A stretch of DNA of 64,000 bases from an uncultured delta proteobacterium (GTDB lineage Bacteria > Myxococcota > Kuafuiibacteriia > Kuafuiibacteriales > Kuafuiibacteriaceae): contig CAWDML010000001.1 in NCBI GenBank assembly GCA_963803435.1, positions 544,001-608,000 of the forward strand. The letters are read 5' to 3'. Position numbers and translations under genes: made by a program. The stretch's first letter is position 1. Each line of letters begins with the position of its first letter. Under the pieces are notes generated by a model. That model was not told the origin of the DNA and made no database searches. It worked only from the letters and a program-made list of their open reading frames with translations. Shown one piece after another: positions 30,352-40,161 of the stretch.

Positions 30352-31425
30352 TCACCCGGCTCCGAGCAGCTCCCGGTAGATCGCCTCGTGGCGCGCGCAC
30401 ATCGCCTCGGCCGTGAAGCCGGCCTCGAAGATCCGGACCCGTCCGGCGGCGCCGAGCGCGGACGCCCGGATCGGATCGTGGAGCAGCGACGCGATGGCGT
30501 CGGCGAGCGCGCGCGGATCCTCGGGCGGCACCAGGAGACCGGTCTTCTGATCCACCACGATCTCGGGCGTGCCACCCACGGAGGTCGCCACCACCGGCAC
30601 GCCCGCGAACATGGCCTGGAGCGGCGTCTGCGGGAAGCCTTCGGTGCGCGAGGGGCACACGATCACATCGGCGCCCGCCATCAGATCGCCCACGTCCGGG
30701 CGGGGACCGAGGAGCTCGAGGTGCGCGTACCGAAGGAGCGCGGTCCGCTCGGCGCCGTCGCCGATCAGGAGCACGCGCGCACCCGAGCTCGCCAGCGACT
30801 CCGCCGCGCGGCCCAGGAGGTCGAAGCCCTTCTCGAAGCTGAGCCGGCCGACCGCCATCACCACCGGGGTGTCGCCCGAGATGCCGAGGTGGCGCCGCAT
30901 GCGCGCCCGATCGGCGCGCGGGCGATCGCGCGGGATCACGCTGGCGTAGAGGACCGCCGGCGTCACGCCGCCCGGCACGTGATCGGCGACCGCCCGGCTG
31001 ACCGCCAGCACCCGATCGAAGCGCGGCAGCGCCAGCCCCCACAGGAGCCGCTTCCAGCGGCTGGCCGAGAGCGCGCCCAGGCCGAGGTTGTGAACGGTCG
31101 TGAGGAGCTTCGCGCGGCCGAGCGCGGGGGAGGCCGCCGCCACGGTGATGTCGGAGACCTCGAGGTGGCTGTGCACCAGGTCGGCGCCGAACGCCCGCGC
31201 GACGCGGATCAGCGCGAGAGGCGCAGCGGCGTCGAGCGGGGAGCGGATGCCGAGCACGCTCACCTTCACGCCGCGCTCGCGGAGGAGCTCGCCGATCGGG
31301 CCGTCGCGGGTCACCGCCACCACGTGGACCGGCACGCCGGCCCCGTGGAAGTGGAGCGCCAGGGCCTCGACGATGCGCTCGGCCCCGCCGAAGGTCAGAC
31401 CGTTGGTGGCGAGGAGGAGGCGCAT
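30352..31425 (-). CDS. glycosyltransferase family 4 (GT-B)
   Basis: GGAER, DLVHSH, VGRLSFEKG, IGDG, PSRTEGFP and GVPVVATSVGGTPEIV. Confidence 0.93.
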   Translation of the reverse strand: MRLLLATNGLTFGGAERIVEALALHFHGAGVPVHVVAVTRDGPIGELLRERGVKVSVLGIRSPLDAAAPLALIRVARAFGADLVHSHLEVSDITVAAASPALGRAKLLTTVHNLGLGALSASRWKRLLWGLALPRFDRVLAVSRAVADHVPGGVTPAVLYASVIPRDRPRADRARMRRHLGISGDTPVVMAVGRLSFEKGFDLLGRAAESLASSGARVLLIGDGAERTALLRYAHLELLGPRPDVGDLMAGADVIVCPSRTEGFPQTPLQAMFAGVPVVATSVGGTPEIVVDQKTGLLVPPEDPRALADAIASLLHDPIRASALGAAGRVRIFEAGFTAEAMCARHEAIYRELLGAG

Positions 31426-31427
31426 CG

Positions 31428-32897
31428 TCAGGGCGAGATCGCCACCCGAGCGCTCTTCGGCGCCGCGCCGTCGAGGAGCGCGAGCGCGCCCGCGGGCCTG
31501 CGGTTGAGCCAGGCCGCCAGCATGAAGAGCGTGAAGAGCGAGTAGGCGTGCACGTAGTTGTCGAGCCGCGACAGGAGGAACGTGGCCCAGCGATCGACGT
31601 CCTGGAGCACGCGGCCGGCGCCGCGGATCTCCGACTCGATCGCGCGCGTGTTGGCCCGCGCGAAGGCGAGGACGTCGTAGCGAAACGATCCCTTCTCCGC
31701 AAAGTAGCGGCTCTCTCCGATCCGGGCGGCCAGCAGCGCGCGCAGCGGCAGTTTGGTGATCCGCGCCCGTTCGTCGTAGCGCTGGCTCGCCGGGAGGTTG
31801 AAGTAGTGCGCGATCAGCGCGGCGTCGGTGAAGGGGAAGGCGCTCTCGGCCCCGAAGCGGGAGGCCGCCAGGCGCGCCTTCTCCATGGTGCCGGCGCCGT
31901 CGTAGATCCGGCCGCGCACGTACGCGCGCCGATCGGTCGGCCCCATGGGAGCGACCCGCTGATCGAGCCGCTCGAAGAACCAGGAGAAGGGCGTCTGGTA
32001 GGGGAGGAGCTCGGTGACCGCGCGCGGCGAGAGGTGGCTGCCGGAGAGGCAGCGCTCGGCCGGGTACATCAGCGCCGACTTGACCGCGTACGATCCGATC
32101 GCGCCCAGCCTCGCAGGTTCGATCCGTCCCCACAGGCCCCGCGCGTGCTGCGCGATCGAGAGGCGCGAGAGGAGCGCCTCCGCGCGCGGCTGAACGTAGC
32201 CCATGTACACGTCACCTCCGAGACCGTCGATCACCACCCCGCCGTCCACCCCTGCGCCGTCCAGCGCCCGCAGGTAGCCGGCGAGCGCGACGTCCGCACA
32301 GATCACCGGCGCCGAGCCGCACAGCTCGAGGAGGAGCTCCCGCTCGCGCACCGGGTCGGCCTCGACCACCTGGTGCTCGAGCCCGAATCGCCGCGCCAGC
32401 TCGGCCGCGTGCGGCGCCTCGTCCTCCCGGTAGCGCGGGCGATAGGTCACCGCGCGCACCCCCCGCTGGCCCGCCGCCGCCAGCCCGATCAGGAGCGCCG
32501 CCGAGTCCTTGCCCGCGCTCTGCATCAGGAGCGCCGGGCGCCCGCCGATCGCGCGCTCGACGGCGGCGGCGAGGTGCTGCTCCAGCCGCGCCGGATCGGT
32601 GTGCTCGCGCCCGGTGCTCTTGGCCTCGAGATAGGGAAAGTCGACCGAGATCTCGACCCCGCGCTCCGCCGCCTCCAGGCGGTCGCCGATCCCGAGCACG
32701 TAGACGTCCTGGTAGAGCGTGAAGGGCGGCGGCACCAGACCATAGGCGAGCAGGAACTGGCACCCCGCAGGCGAGACCAGGAGCGGGCTCGGCACGGACG
32801 CCATCAGCGCGCCCCAGCCGTCGAACGATCGAACCCCGCCCGCACCGAGATGCACCAGCTTCCGCGTCGCGCCGGTGTCGTCTCCGGTCAGCCTCAC
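31428..32897 (-). CDS. asparagine synthase-like protein (synthetase domain; glutaminase domain truncated)
   Basis: PP-loop variant QSAGKDS, DGLGGDVYMGY and FPFTD; no N-terminal Cys. GTG 32897 overlaps the upstream stop. Confidence 0.7.
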   Translation of the reverse strand: MRLTGDDTGATRKLVHLGAGGVRSFDGWGALMASVPSPLLVSPAGCQFLLAYGLVPPPFTLYQDVYVLGIGDRLEAAERGVEISVDFPYLEAKSTGREHTDPARLEQHLAAAVERAIGGRPALLMQSAGKDSAALLIGLAAAGQRGVRAVTYRPRYREDEAPHAAELARRFGLEHQVVEADPVRERELLLELCGSAPVICADVALAGYLRALDGAGVDGGVVIDGLGGDVYMGYVQPRAEALLSRLSIAQHARGLWGRIEPARLGAIGSYAVKSALMYPAERCLSGSHLSPRAVTELLPYQTPFSWFFERLDQRVAPMGPTDRRAYVRGRIYDGAGTMEKARLAASRFGAESAFPFTDAALIAHYFNLPASQRYDERARITKLPLRALLAARIGESRYFAEKGSFRYDVLAFARANTRAIESEIRGAGRVLQDVDRWATFLLSRLDNYVHAYSLFTLFMLAAWLNRRPAGALALLDGAAPKSARVAISP

Positions 32898-34384
32898 TCG
32901 ACCTCCCACGCCGAGAGAAACGCACCCAGCCCGAGCCATCGATCCTCGTCGGCGTGGCGCTCGAGCGCGCTGAACCATCGGCGCGGTCGCTCGCGGAACG
33001 CGTGGTCGTCGGGATAGCGCGGCAGCCGCGGCCTGGGCACCGGCGCCATCGGGATCCCGCCGCCGACCGCCCGCATGATGCGGCCCTCGTGGACGAAGTG
33101 CGGGCGCGGCAACGAGAACAGCAGCTCGACGACGCCCGGATCCAGGAACGGCGCCACCACCTCCCGCGCCGACGCGATCGCGCGATGCCGCGCGGCCAGC
33201 CCCGGATCCAGGGTCTCCGCGAAGCGGCGATCGACGTACGCATCGCCCGTCACCGGATCCACCACGGGCTCGCCGGACTCGAGATCGATCCGCGACGCCA
33301 GCGCCGGCGGAAGGTGGCGCTTCCAGCGCGCGCCGGCCCGGCGCGCACCCTCGATCAGCGACGGCGCCAGCCGCGAGCGGACCAGGCGTCGATCGATGGG
33401 GACGCCCGCGCGCAGCACGCCGACCAGCGCCGAGGGCCCCGGCGAGCTCCCGAACATGGCCGAGAGCGACTCGACGTACGCGCCCAGCGCCGTCTCGGTG
33501 GCGCCCATCACCTGACGCATCCCGAGATCGGTCACCAGCGGTCGATCAGATCCGATCAGCGCGGCCACCTCCGCCGCGTCCGAGAGCGCGACCGGCCAGG
33601 CGATGCGACGGTAGGCTTCCCGGAGCGCCGGCTCGCCATAGTCGCGAAGGTGATCGATCGGGTGGAGCGACGGCGACGCGCGCTCGACGAGCACCCGCGC
33701 CAGCGCCTCGCCGGAGAGCTCCGCGCCTTCGGGTGCCCGCGCGAGGGCCGCCCCGACGGCGGCCTCCACCTCGGCCTGGGCCTCGACCTCCGGGAGGAGC
33801 CGCGGCGTCCCGAAGGGCGTGAACGTCCAGAAGCGATCGATCCGGTGACCGCCCCGCGACAGCGTCAGCGCCGCGCCCGGATCGAGCGCCGTGATCCCTT
33901 CGAACGGCGTGGTGGGCCTCGGCGTCCAGACGCCGTGCTCGAGCCAGGTGCGGACCGCCCGCGCGTTCAACCGGCGCGCGCCCGGCCCGGCCAGCGCCGA
34001 GAGCTCGGTGGAGAAGACCAGCGAATCGTCGCCCTGCTGGAAGAAGATCGCGGGCTCCCGGCCGAAGGTGGCCGATCGCAGAAGGACCAGCTCGTCGCCT
34101 GCGATCGCAGCGGCGAACGGACCGAAGAGGCGCAGGAACCCGCCCCAGCCGAAGCGCTCGTTCACGGCGCGCACCAGCTCGGCGTCGGAGGCGGCGTGCG
34201 TGCCGAGCAGCGCCTCGAGCTCGCCGCCGCGGGAGGGCCGCCCCAGCACGCGCACCTCGAGGGCTTCTCGCCCGCTCGCCGCGGCCAGGCCGAAGCGCGC
34301 GGTGCCGGCGATGGCACCGGGCGCTCCCCATCGAACCTGGAGCCGTCGCGCGGACGGAATCGGGACCAGAGCGTCGTCGCTCAA
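32894..34384 (-). CDS. degenerate asparagine synthase-like protein
   Basis: GPFAAAI...LLRS.TFGREP.IFF...FSTELSAL...TPFEGI..L.PG (glutaminase-domain remnant) and APFLD..VVE..FSLP; no SGGxDS. TTG 34384 overlaps the wecB-like stop. Confidence 0.6.
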   Translation of the reverse strand: MSDDALVPIPSARRLQVRWGAPGAIAGTARFGLAAASGREALEVRVLGRPSRGGELEALLGTHAASDAELVRAVNERFGWGGFLRLFGPFAAAIAGDELVLLRSATFGREPAIFFQQGDDSLVFSTELSALAGPGARRLNARAVRTWLEHGVWTPRPTTPFEGITALDPGAALTLSRGGHRIDRFWTFTPFGTPRLLPEVEAQAEVEAAVGAALARAPEGAELSGEALARVLVERASPSLHPIDHLRDYGEPALREAYRRIAWPVALSDAAEVAALIGSDRPLVTDLGMRQVMGATETALGAYVESLSAMFGSSPGPSALVGVLRAGVPIDRRLVRSRLAPSLIEGARRAGARWKRHLPPALASRIDLESGEPVVDPVTGDAYVDRRFAETLDPGLAARHRAIASAREVVAPFLDPGVVELLFSLPRPHFVHEGRIMRAVGGGIPMAPVPRPRLPRYPDDHAFRERPRRWFSALERHADEDRWLGLGAFLSAWEVE

Positions 34385-35466
34385 CCGAGGATCTCCACGA
34401 TCCGCTCGCCCGCGTGGCCGTCTCCGAAGGCGCCGCCGCCGCGAAAGAGCACGGCGTCGACCTCGGTCCGGCGCGCGCTCTCGACCGCGTCGACGATCGA
34501 CTCGGCGTCGGCGCCCACCACCCGGTTCGCCGACAGATCGACGGTGTCGACCCACTCCGTATCGTCGCGCAGCGTCACGCAGGGGACGCCCGCGTAGAAC
34601 GCCTCGCGCTGGAGGCCGCCCGAGTCTGTCAACACGGCCTGCGCCTGCAGGAGCACCGCGAGGCTCTCCACCGGGCGGAGCGGATCCACCACGTGCACGT
34701 TCGCGCCGATGCGGCTGATCAGATCGGGCCGCTCGGTCAGGCTCTCCTGGGTGGTCGGATGCAGCGGCAGGATCACGTGGAGGTCGAGACGCGAGAACGC
34801 GTCGACCAGCGCCGCCAGGCGGACCGCGTCGGAGGTGTTCTCGTGGTGGTGGACCGTCGCATAGGCGAAGGGGACGCCCGGCTCCAGGCCCGCCTCGGCC
34901 AGCAGCCGCGCGACGTCGACCTGCCGCGCGCGATCGAGGTTGTAGAGCAGCACGTCGAGGAGGACGTCGCCGACGTTGTGCACGCCCTGGACCAGGCCCT
35001 CCTCGGCCAGCGCTCGGACCGCGTGGACGGTCGGGCAGAAGTGGAGCGACGAGATGTGGTCCACCACGATGTGGTTCATCTCGTCCGGTGTATTGCGGCG
35101 ATAGCTCCGGACCCCGGCCTCCACATGGCCCACGCGGATCCCCAGCTTGGCCGCCACCAGCGCACCCGCCAGCGTCGCGTGGGAGCTCCCGTAGACCAGG
35201 ACCCAGTCCGGGCGGGCCTCGCGGATCAGCGGCGCCAGCCGCGCAAGGATCGAGGCGACCACCTCCGCGTGCGTGCCGCGGGACAGGCCGAGATCGTGAT
35301 CCGGCTCGGCGATGCCGAGATCCTCGAAGAATACTGGCGTGGTCCCGTAGTCGTACTTCTCGCCCGTATGGACCAAGAGCCGCTCGTGACCGGCGGCGAG
35401 CGCTCGCAAGACCGGCGCGCACTTCACGAACTCGGACCGCGCACCGACGACCGAGACCACCCGCAT
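34381..35466 (-). CDS. wecB: UDP-N-acetylglucosamine 2-epimerase-like protein (non-hydrolysing type; divergent motifs)
   Basis: VVGARSEFVK, VHTG, HVEAGVRS, TDSGGLQREA, TLRDDTEW and FGDGHAGERIV. Confidence 0.8.
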   Translation of the reverse strand: MRVVSVVGARSEFVKCAPVLRALAAGHERLLVHTGEKYDYGTTPVFFEDLGIAEPDHDLGLSRGTHAEVVASILARLAPLIREARPDWVLVYGSSHATLAGALVAAKLGIRVGHVEAGVRSYRRNTPDEMNHIVVDHISSLHFCPTVHAVRALAEEGLVQGVHNVGDVLLDVLLYNLDRARQVDVARLLAEAGLEPGVPFAYATVHHHENTSDAVRLAALVDAFSRLDLHVILPLHPTTQESLTERPDLISRIGANVHVVDPLRPVESLAVLLQAQAVLTDSGGLQREAFYAGVPCVTLRDDTEWVDTVDLSANRVVGADAESIVDAVESARRTEVDAVLFRGGGAFGDGHAGERIVEILG

Positions 35467-35523
35467 GGGGCGAGTTAAGCACGAGCTTGACTCGCGCTCG
35501 ACCGGAATTGTCCAGTCGGGTCG

Positions 35524-36108
35524 GTGATGACGGGCGAGGGCGGCGGCTGGGGAACGCTGGTGGGGGTCCGGCTCTCGGTCCTCCTGCTGGCCGATCCGGA
35601 GCGCGCACCCGCCGGCGAAGCGGTCGCGCGCGCCATCGGCAGAATGCACGACACCACGCTCCTCGCCGAAAAACGCGGGGCCATCGCCTCTCACCTCGAG
35701 GCCGCACGTGCCGCGCGGGCGCGTTCGCCCCAGGTGATCCACAGCGTCGGCGCCCGGGGGCACGCCGCCGCGGCCGGCCCGATCGCCCGGGGTACCGGCG
35801 CCAAGCTGGTGGTCTCCTTCAGCCCCGAGGATCTGGACCGCAGCCGCCCCAGGAAGCTCGCGCGCCTGGCCAACGGCGCGGACGCGGTGCTCCTCGACGA
35901 CGAGGCCTCGGTGGCACCGCTGCGCCGCGCCGGCCTGAAGCACAGCGTGTACATCCTCCCCTGCCCCGCGTCGTCCCGCGACGACGCGCCCTTTCTCGGC
36001 GGGATCGAGATCGTGTATGGACGCATCCTCGCAGGCGAGGTCGAGCCCGATCAGGACGAGGATCGGATCGTCCAGATCGGCGGCGTGAGGAGCTCGCCGG
36101 AGCGCTGA
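35524..36108 (+). CDS. hypothetical protein resembling an isolated GT-B N-terminal half
   Basis: RSPQVIHSVG...AAAG..ARGTGAKLVVSF...ADAVL; its stop overlaps the next ATG. Confidence 0.45.
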   Translation: MMTGEGGGWGTLVGVRLSVLLLADPERAPAGEAVARAIGRMHDTTLLAEKRGAIASHLEAARAARARSPQVIHSVGARGHAAAAGPIARGTGAKLVVSFSPEDLDRSRPRKLARLANGADAVLLDDEASVAPLRRAGLKHSVYILPCPASSRDDAPFLGGIEIVYGRILAGEVEPDQDEDRIVQIGGVRSSPER

Positions 36109-37172
36109 TGGACCTGACTCCCGACCTGGGAACGCTGCGCTACCCGATCACGTTCATCCTGGCGATCGGGCTGTCGCTCTACTTCACCCCGATCATCCGG
36201 CGGGGCGCGATCAAGTACGGCGTGGTCGACGTGCCCGACGGCCGCCTCAAGCACCACCCCGAGCCGGTCGCCTATCTCGGCGGCATCTCGATCTACATCT
36301 CCTTCCTGTTCGCCCTCGCCTTCACGCACGACTTCACCGGCGAGGTGGTGGCGCTCCTCCTGGGCACCTCGATCATCGTGATGCTCGGGCTCTTCGACGA
36401 CCTCAAGGTGCTCACGCCGCCGGTGAAGCTGGCGGGTCAAATCGGCGCAGCGCTGGTCATGGTGAAGGCCGGGATCATGATCCACCTGTGGTTCATGACC
36501 GACTGGGTCGCGCTGGCCTTCACCGTCCTGTGGCTGGTTGGAATCACCAACGCCATCAACCTGATCGACGTGTCGGATGGCCTCGCCGCAGGGGTGGCGT
36601 CGATCGCGGGCATCTTCCTCTACATCATCTCGATCTGGAACGGCGACACGACGTCCGCCGTCCTCACGCTGTCGCTGGTCGGCGCGACGCTCGGCTTCCT
36701 CGCGTACAACCGTCCGCCCGCGAAGATCTACCTGGGGGACGCCGGCTCGATGCTCCTCGGATTCCTGCTCGGCGCGATCGCCATGAAAGGCCGCTACACC
36801 CACGTGCACGTCCTGGGCGCGGTGGCACCGCTGGTGATCCTCGGTGTTCCGATCTTCGACACGCTCTTCGTCATGGGTGCGCGGCTGGCGCGCGGCCTTC
36901 CCCTGATGGTCGGCAGCCCGGATCACTTCGCGGTCCGCATGCGGCAACACGGTGTGCGACCAGGTGTCATTGCGCTGATCGCCTACATCGCCGGCGCGGC
37001 CCTGGGAGGTGCCGCCCTTGCCATCGTTCGCTTCGATTTAGAGGTGGCGGTGGTCCTCGTCGTTCTGCTGGCCCTCGCTACCGGGGGCGTGGTACTCCGT
37101 CTTTGGCGCATGGGTCGGAACCCCACCGAACGCACCCAGCCGGGGAAGGAGGCCGCCGGCACGGCAGAATAG
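36108..37172 (+). CDS. WecA/MraY-family polyprenyl-phosphate GlcNAc-1-phosphate transferase
   Basis: VDVPDGRLKHH, LGGISI, GLFDD, TNAINLIDVSDGLA, YNRPPAKIYLGDAGS and PIFDT. Confidence 0.92.
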   Translation: MDLTPDLGTLRYPITFILAIGLSLYFTPIIRRGAIKYGVVDVPDGRLKHHPEPVAYLGGISIYISFLFALAFTHDFTGEVVALLLGTSIIVMLGLFDDLKVLTPPVKLAGQIGAALVMVKAGIMIHLWFMTDWVALAFTVLWLVGITNAINLIDVSDGLAAGVASIAGIFLYIISIWNGDTTSAVLTLSLVGATLGFLAYNRPPAKIYLGDAGSMLLGFLLGAIAMKGRYTHVHVLGAVAPLVILGVPIFDTLFVMGARLARGLPLMVGSPDHFAVRMRQHGVRPGVIALIAYIAGAALGGAALAIVRFDLEVAVVLVVLLALATGGVVLRLWRMGRNPTERTQPGKEAAGTAE

Positions 37173-37192
37173 AACTTGGCGAGTACGGTCGC

Positions 37193-40150
37193 GTGGCGAA
37201 CAAAAACAAAATCATCAGTCAGGCCCAGAAGTACATCACGAAGGGCCAATGGGATAAGGCGGTCAAGGAGCTGCAGAAGCTCGTCGCCGAGGATCCCAAC
37301 GATGTTCGCACGTTACTCAAGCTCGGTGACGTCTACTCGAAGAAGGGCGACCGCGAGAACGCGACCAAGGTCTACAAGCAGGTCGCCGAGTCCTACAGCG
37401 ATCAAGGCTTCTTCCTCAAGGCGGTCGCCGTCTACAAGCAGATCCTGAAGCACGATCCCAAGCACCTGCAGGTCACGCTCAAGCTCGCGGAGCTGTACGA
37501 GCACCTCGGGTTGACCTCCGAGGCGATGGCCCAATACCACCGAGCCTCGCAGATCCAGGAGGAGCTCGGTCGCTCCAAAGAGACGCTCGAGGTCCTCAAG
37601 CGGATGGTCGAGCTGGATGCGGAGAACGTCGCCTCCCGCATCAAGCTGGCCGAGAGCTTCTCCCGCGAAAACATGCTCCCTGAGGCGATCGGCGAGTTCG
37701 AGCGGGCCGCCGACATCCTGCGAAAACAGAACCGGGTCGACGACTACATCAAGGTCGCGGAACGCCTCGTTTACCACGATCAAAGCCGCCTCGACGTCAT
37801 CAAGGAGCTCGCCCGGCTCTACCTCGATCGCGGCGATGCCAAGCGCGGCCTGGCCAAGCTCCAGATCTGCTTCAAGGCGCAGCCGCGCGACATCGACGTC
37901 CTCAAGATGCTGTCGCAAGCGTTCACCTCGCTCGGGCAGCATCAGAAGACGATCTTCGTGTTCAAGGAGCTCGCCCGCGTCTATCAGGAGGAGGGCCGCG
38001 CCGCCGACGCCGCCGAGGTTCTGCAACAGATCTTGCAGCTCGATCCGAACGATCCGGACGCCCGCGGATTGCTGGGCGGCGAGCCCCCGCGCACCTCGTC
38101 GCCCGGTCCGGTGTCGCCGCCGTTCCTGGCGCCGGTGATGAGCCCGACGCCCCCACCGCCGGCGCCCCCACCGTCGTTGTCGCCGCGCCCGGGCTCGATC
38201 GCGCCGCTCCCGCAGGCCAACGAGTGGAGCGTCCCGTCGCAGCCAGGCTATCCGTTCGGCGCGTCGCCCGCCCCCACGCTGGCGCCCTCTCTCGAGCCGC
38301 GCCCCGGCTCGCGCACGCGGCAGCCGAGCCTCGCCCCGCGACCGCCGCCACCGCCGCCGCCCGGCGACGACGACACCCGCGGCGGCTCGTCCAAGCCGGG
38401 GCGAAAGCCGCCGCCGCGCGACGCCTCCCGCGAGGGCGGACAGATCGCGAAGATCCTCACGGAGACCGACGTCTACATCAAGTACGGGCTCCGCGAGAAG
38501 GCGCTGAGCCACCTGCGCCGGGTGTTCGAGCTGGACTCCGACAACGTCGACGCCTACGGCAAGATGCGCGAGATCTACCGGAGCATGGGCGACCACGCCC
38601 GCGCCGCCGAGGCGATCGCCAACATCATGCACGTCCACAACCGGCGCGGCGAGACGAAGCTCCTCGAGGCCGCCCGCGCCGAGCTCGCCAAGCTGGTCCC
38701 CGGCCACCCCCTCGTGAACGCCGGCATCCCCGGATCGCTGCCGGGGCCGCTCTCGCACAGCGAGGTCTCCGACGAGATCTCGGTGGACATCGACGAGGAT
38801 CACGCCGACGTCTTCGAGCTGGTCGACGAGTTTCCGGGCCGGCCGGTGGACGAGGAGCTCCTCGATGATGAGCCCCTCGACGTGGACGGCAGCAGCGTCA
38901 GCCTGGCCATCCGCAGCTCCGACCTCCTGGAGATGGCCCACGCCGACGAAGGCCGGCTGATCGAGGATTTGGAGACGCCGACGCTCCTCCCCGACGAGGA
39001 TCTGCCGGAGGCCAACTCCGGTTTGATCATGCTCTCGGACGTCGAGACCGGCGCCGAGATCGACGAGGGCCGGCCCAGCTTCGCCCTCGACGAAGATGAG
39101 GACGACGACGAGCCCGTCGCGGCGCCGGTCCACGACGAGGTCGATCCTTTCGCCGGCAACGAGCGCTCCGAGATCACCGCGCGGAACAGCCTCGATGACG
39201 CTCGCCGCGAGGTCACGGATCGCTCGGACATCAAGGATCTCCTCCCGCCCGCGCCCGCGGCGATCCGGCGCGACGTCACGCTCCGCCGGGAGATCGAGGA
39301 GCCGGTGTTCTCGGACGACGACACCGACACCAACAGCTCCGAGCCCCTCGCCGAGGGATCCAAGGGCCTCAGCCTCGATCTCATCGGAGACTTCGGCGAG
39401 ATCATGCACACGATCGAGGAGCCGGCGATCGAGGACGACGCCACCGCCGACGAGCTCGACGAGGCCGAGTTCCTGATCGAGGCCGGCCTGGCCCAGGAGG
39501 CCCGCGAAGCGGTTCAATCGATCCTCTCCCGCATCCCCATGCACGAGCGGGCCCTCGAGATGCTCTCGCGCGTCGAGGCCCTCGAGCGCGAGGTCAACGC
39601 CGACACGGATCACGAGGACGATGAGGATGAGCTGACGGACTCCTCGGAGCAGCTCCCGCTCGATCACCTCCCGCTCCCCGAGGACGACGGCACCAGCGCC
39701 GGCGATCGCTACGACCAGGGCATGCTGTTCAAGGAGATCGGCCGCGTCGACGACGCTATCCGCGAGTTCCGAGGGGCCGCCCGCCAGCCCGAGCGCGAGC
39801 TTCAGTCCCTCGAGATGATCGGACACTGCTTGCTGGAGAAGGGCACGCCCAAGGACGCGGTGGCCTACTTCGCCCGCGCCCTCGATCGCGGCGCCGATGG
39901 GATCTCGGCGATCAATCTCAAGTACGAGATCGGGAACGGCTATGAGGCCGCCGGCGAGCTCGAGAGCGCCCTCCAGTGGTTCACGGCCTGCCTCGACGAA
40001 GATCCGGACCACCGCGACGTCCGGGATCGCGTGGAGCGCCTCAGCAGCCCGCACCCGCCGGGCGGCAACGGCGCGCAGAAGCAGAACGGCGTCCCGGCCG
40101 AGTCGCCGAAGGTTAGCAGCTCGAAGAAGAGCAAGATCTCGTACATCTGA
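37193..40150 (+). CDS. sgmX: SgmX-like TPR protein (type IV pilus activator in Myxococcus)
   Basis: N-terminal TPR block (NKNKII..A.K...KG..DKA.KE.QK; VAESYS..GFFLKAVA.YKQ; NVASRIKLAE; LAKLQ.CFKA) closely follows M. xanthus SgmX as I recall it. Also LTETDVYIKYGL, Pro-rich and acidic linkers, C-terminal TPRs and KISYI end; followed by an ExeA-like ATPase. Confidence 0.72.
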   Translation: MANKNKIISQAQKYITKGQWDKAVKELQKLVAEDPNDVRTLLKLGDVYSKKGDRENATKVYKQVAESYSDQGFFLKAVAVYKQILKHDPKHLQVTLKLAELYEHLGLTSEAMAQYHRASQIQEELGRSKETLEVLKRMVELDAENVASRIKLAESFSRENMLPEAIGEFERAADILRKQNRVDDYIKVAERLVYHDQSRLDVIKELARLYLDRGDAKRGLAKLQICFKAQPRDIDVLKMLSQAFTSLGQHQKTIFVFKELARVYQEEGRAADAAEVLQQILQLDPNDPDARGLLGGEPPRTSSPGPVSPPFLAPVMSPTPPPPAPPPSLSPRPGSIAPLPQANEWSVPSQPGYPFGASPAPTLAPSLEPRPGSRTRQPSLAPRPPPPPPPGDDDTRGGSSKPGRKPPPRDASREGGQIAKILTETDVYIKYGLREKALSHLRRVFELDSDNVDAYGKMREIYRSMGDHARAAEAIANIMHVHNRRGETKLLEAARAELAKLVPGHPLVNAGIPGSLPGPLSHSEVSDEISVDIDEDHADVFELVDEFPGRPVDEELLDDEPLDVDGSSVSLAIRSSDLLEMAHADEGRLIEDLETPTLLPDEDLPEANSGLIMLSDVETGAEIDEGRPSFALDEDEDDDEPVAAPVHDEVDPFAGNERSEITARNSLDDARREVTDRSDIKDLLPPAPAAIRRDVTLRREIEEPVFSDDDTDTNSSEPLAEGSKGLSLDLIGDFGEIMHTIEEPAIEDDATADELDEAEFLIEAGLAQEAREAVQSILSRIPMHERALEMLSRVEALEREVNADTDHEDDEDELTDSSEQLPLDHLPLPEDDGTSAGDRYDQGMLFKEIGRVDDAIREFRGAARQPERELQSLEMIGHCLLEKGTPKDAVAYFARALDRGADGISAINLKYEIGNGYEAAGELESALQWFTACLDEDPDHRDVRDRVERLSSPHPPGGNGAQKQNGVPAESPKVSSSKKSKISYI

Positions 40151-40161
40151 TCGCCGACGCC

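Noticed and set aside
31428-34384. AsnB-like genes as lasso-peptide cyclases
   Set aside because: No B1 (PqqD-like) or B2 protease gene and no precursor were seen; the context is glycosyltransferases and wecB.
38085-38430. CCG-rich repetitive stretch
   Set aside because: Encodes the Pro-rich linker of the SgmX-like protein; not an independent repeat element.
37313-40054. Long antisense or alternate-frame ORFs (also 8703..10460, 26108..28636, 29242..31545, 44327..46330, 56776..58497)
   Set aside because: Shadow ORFs expected in high-GC DNA with strong GC3 bias. They are low-complexity, lack motifs and lie opposite well-supported genes.
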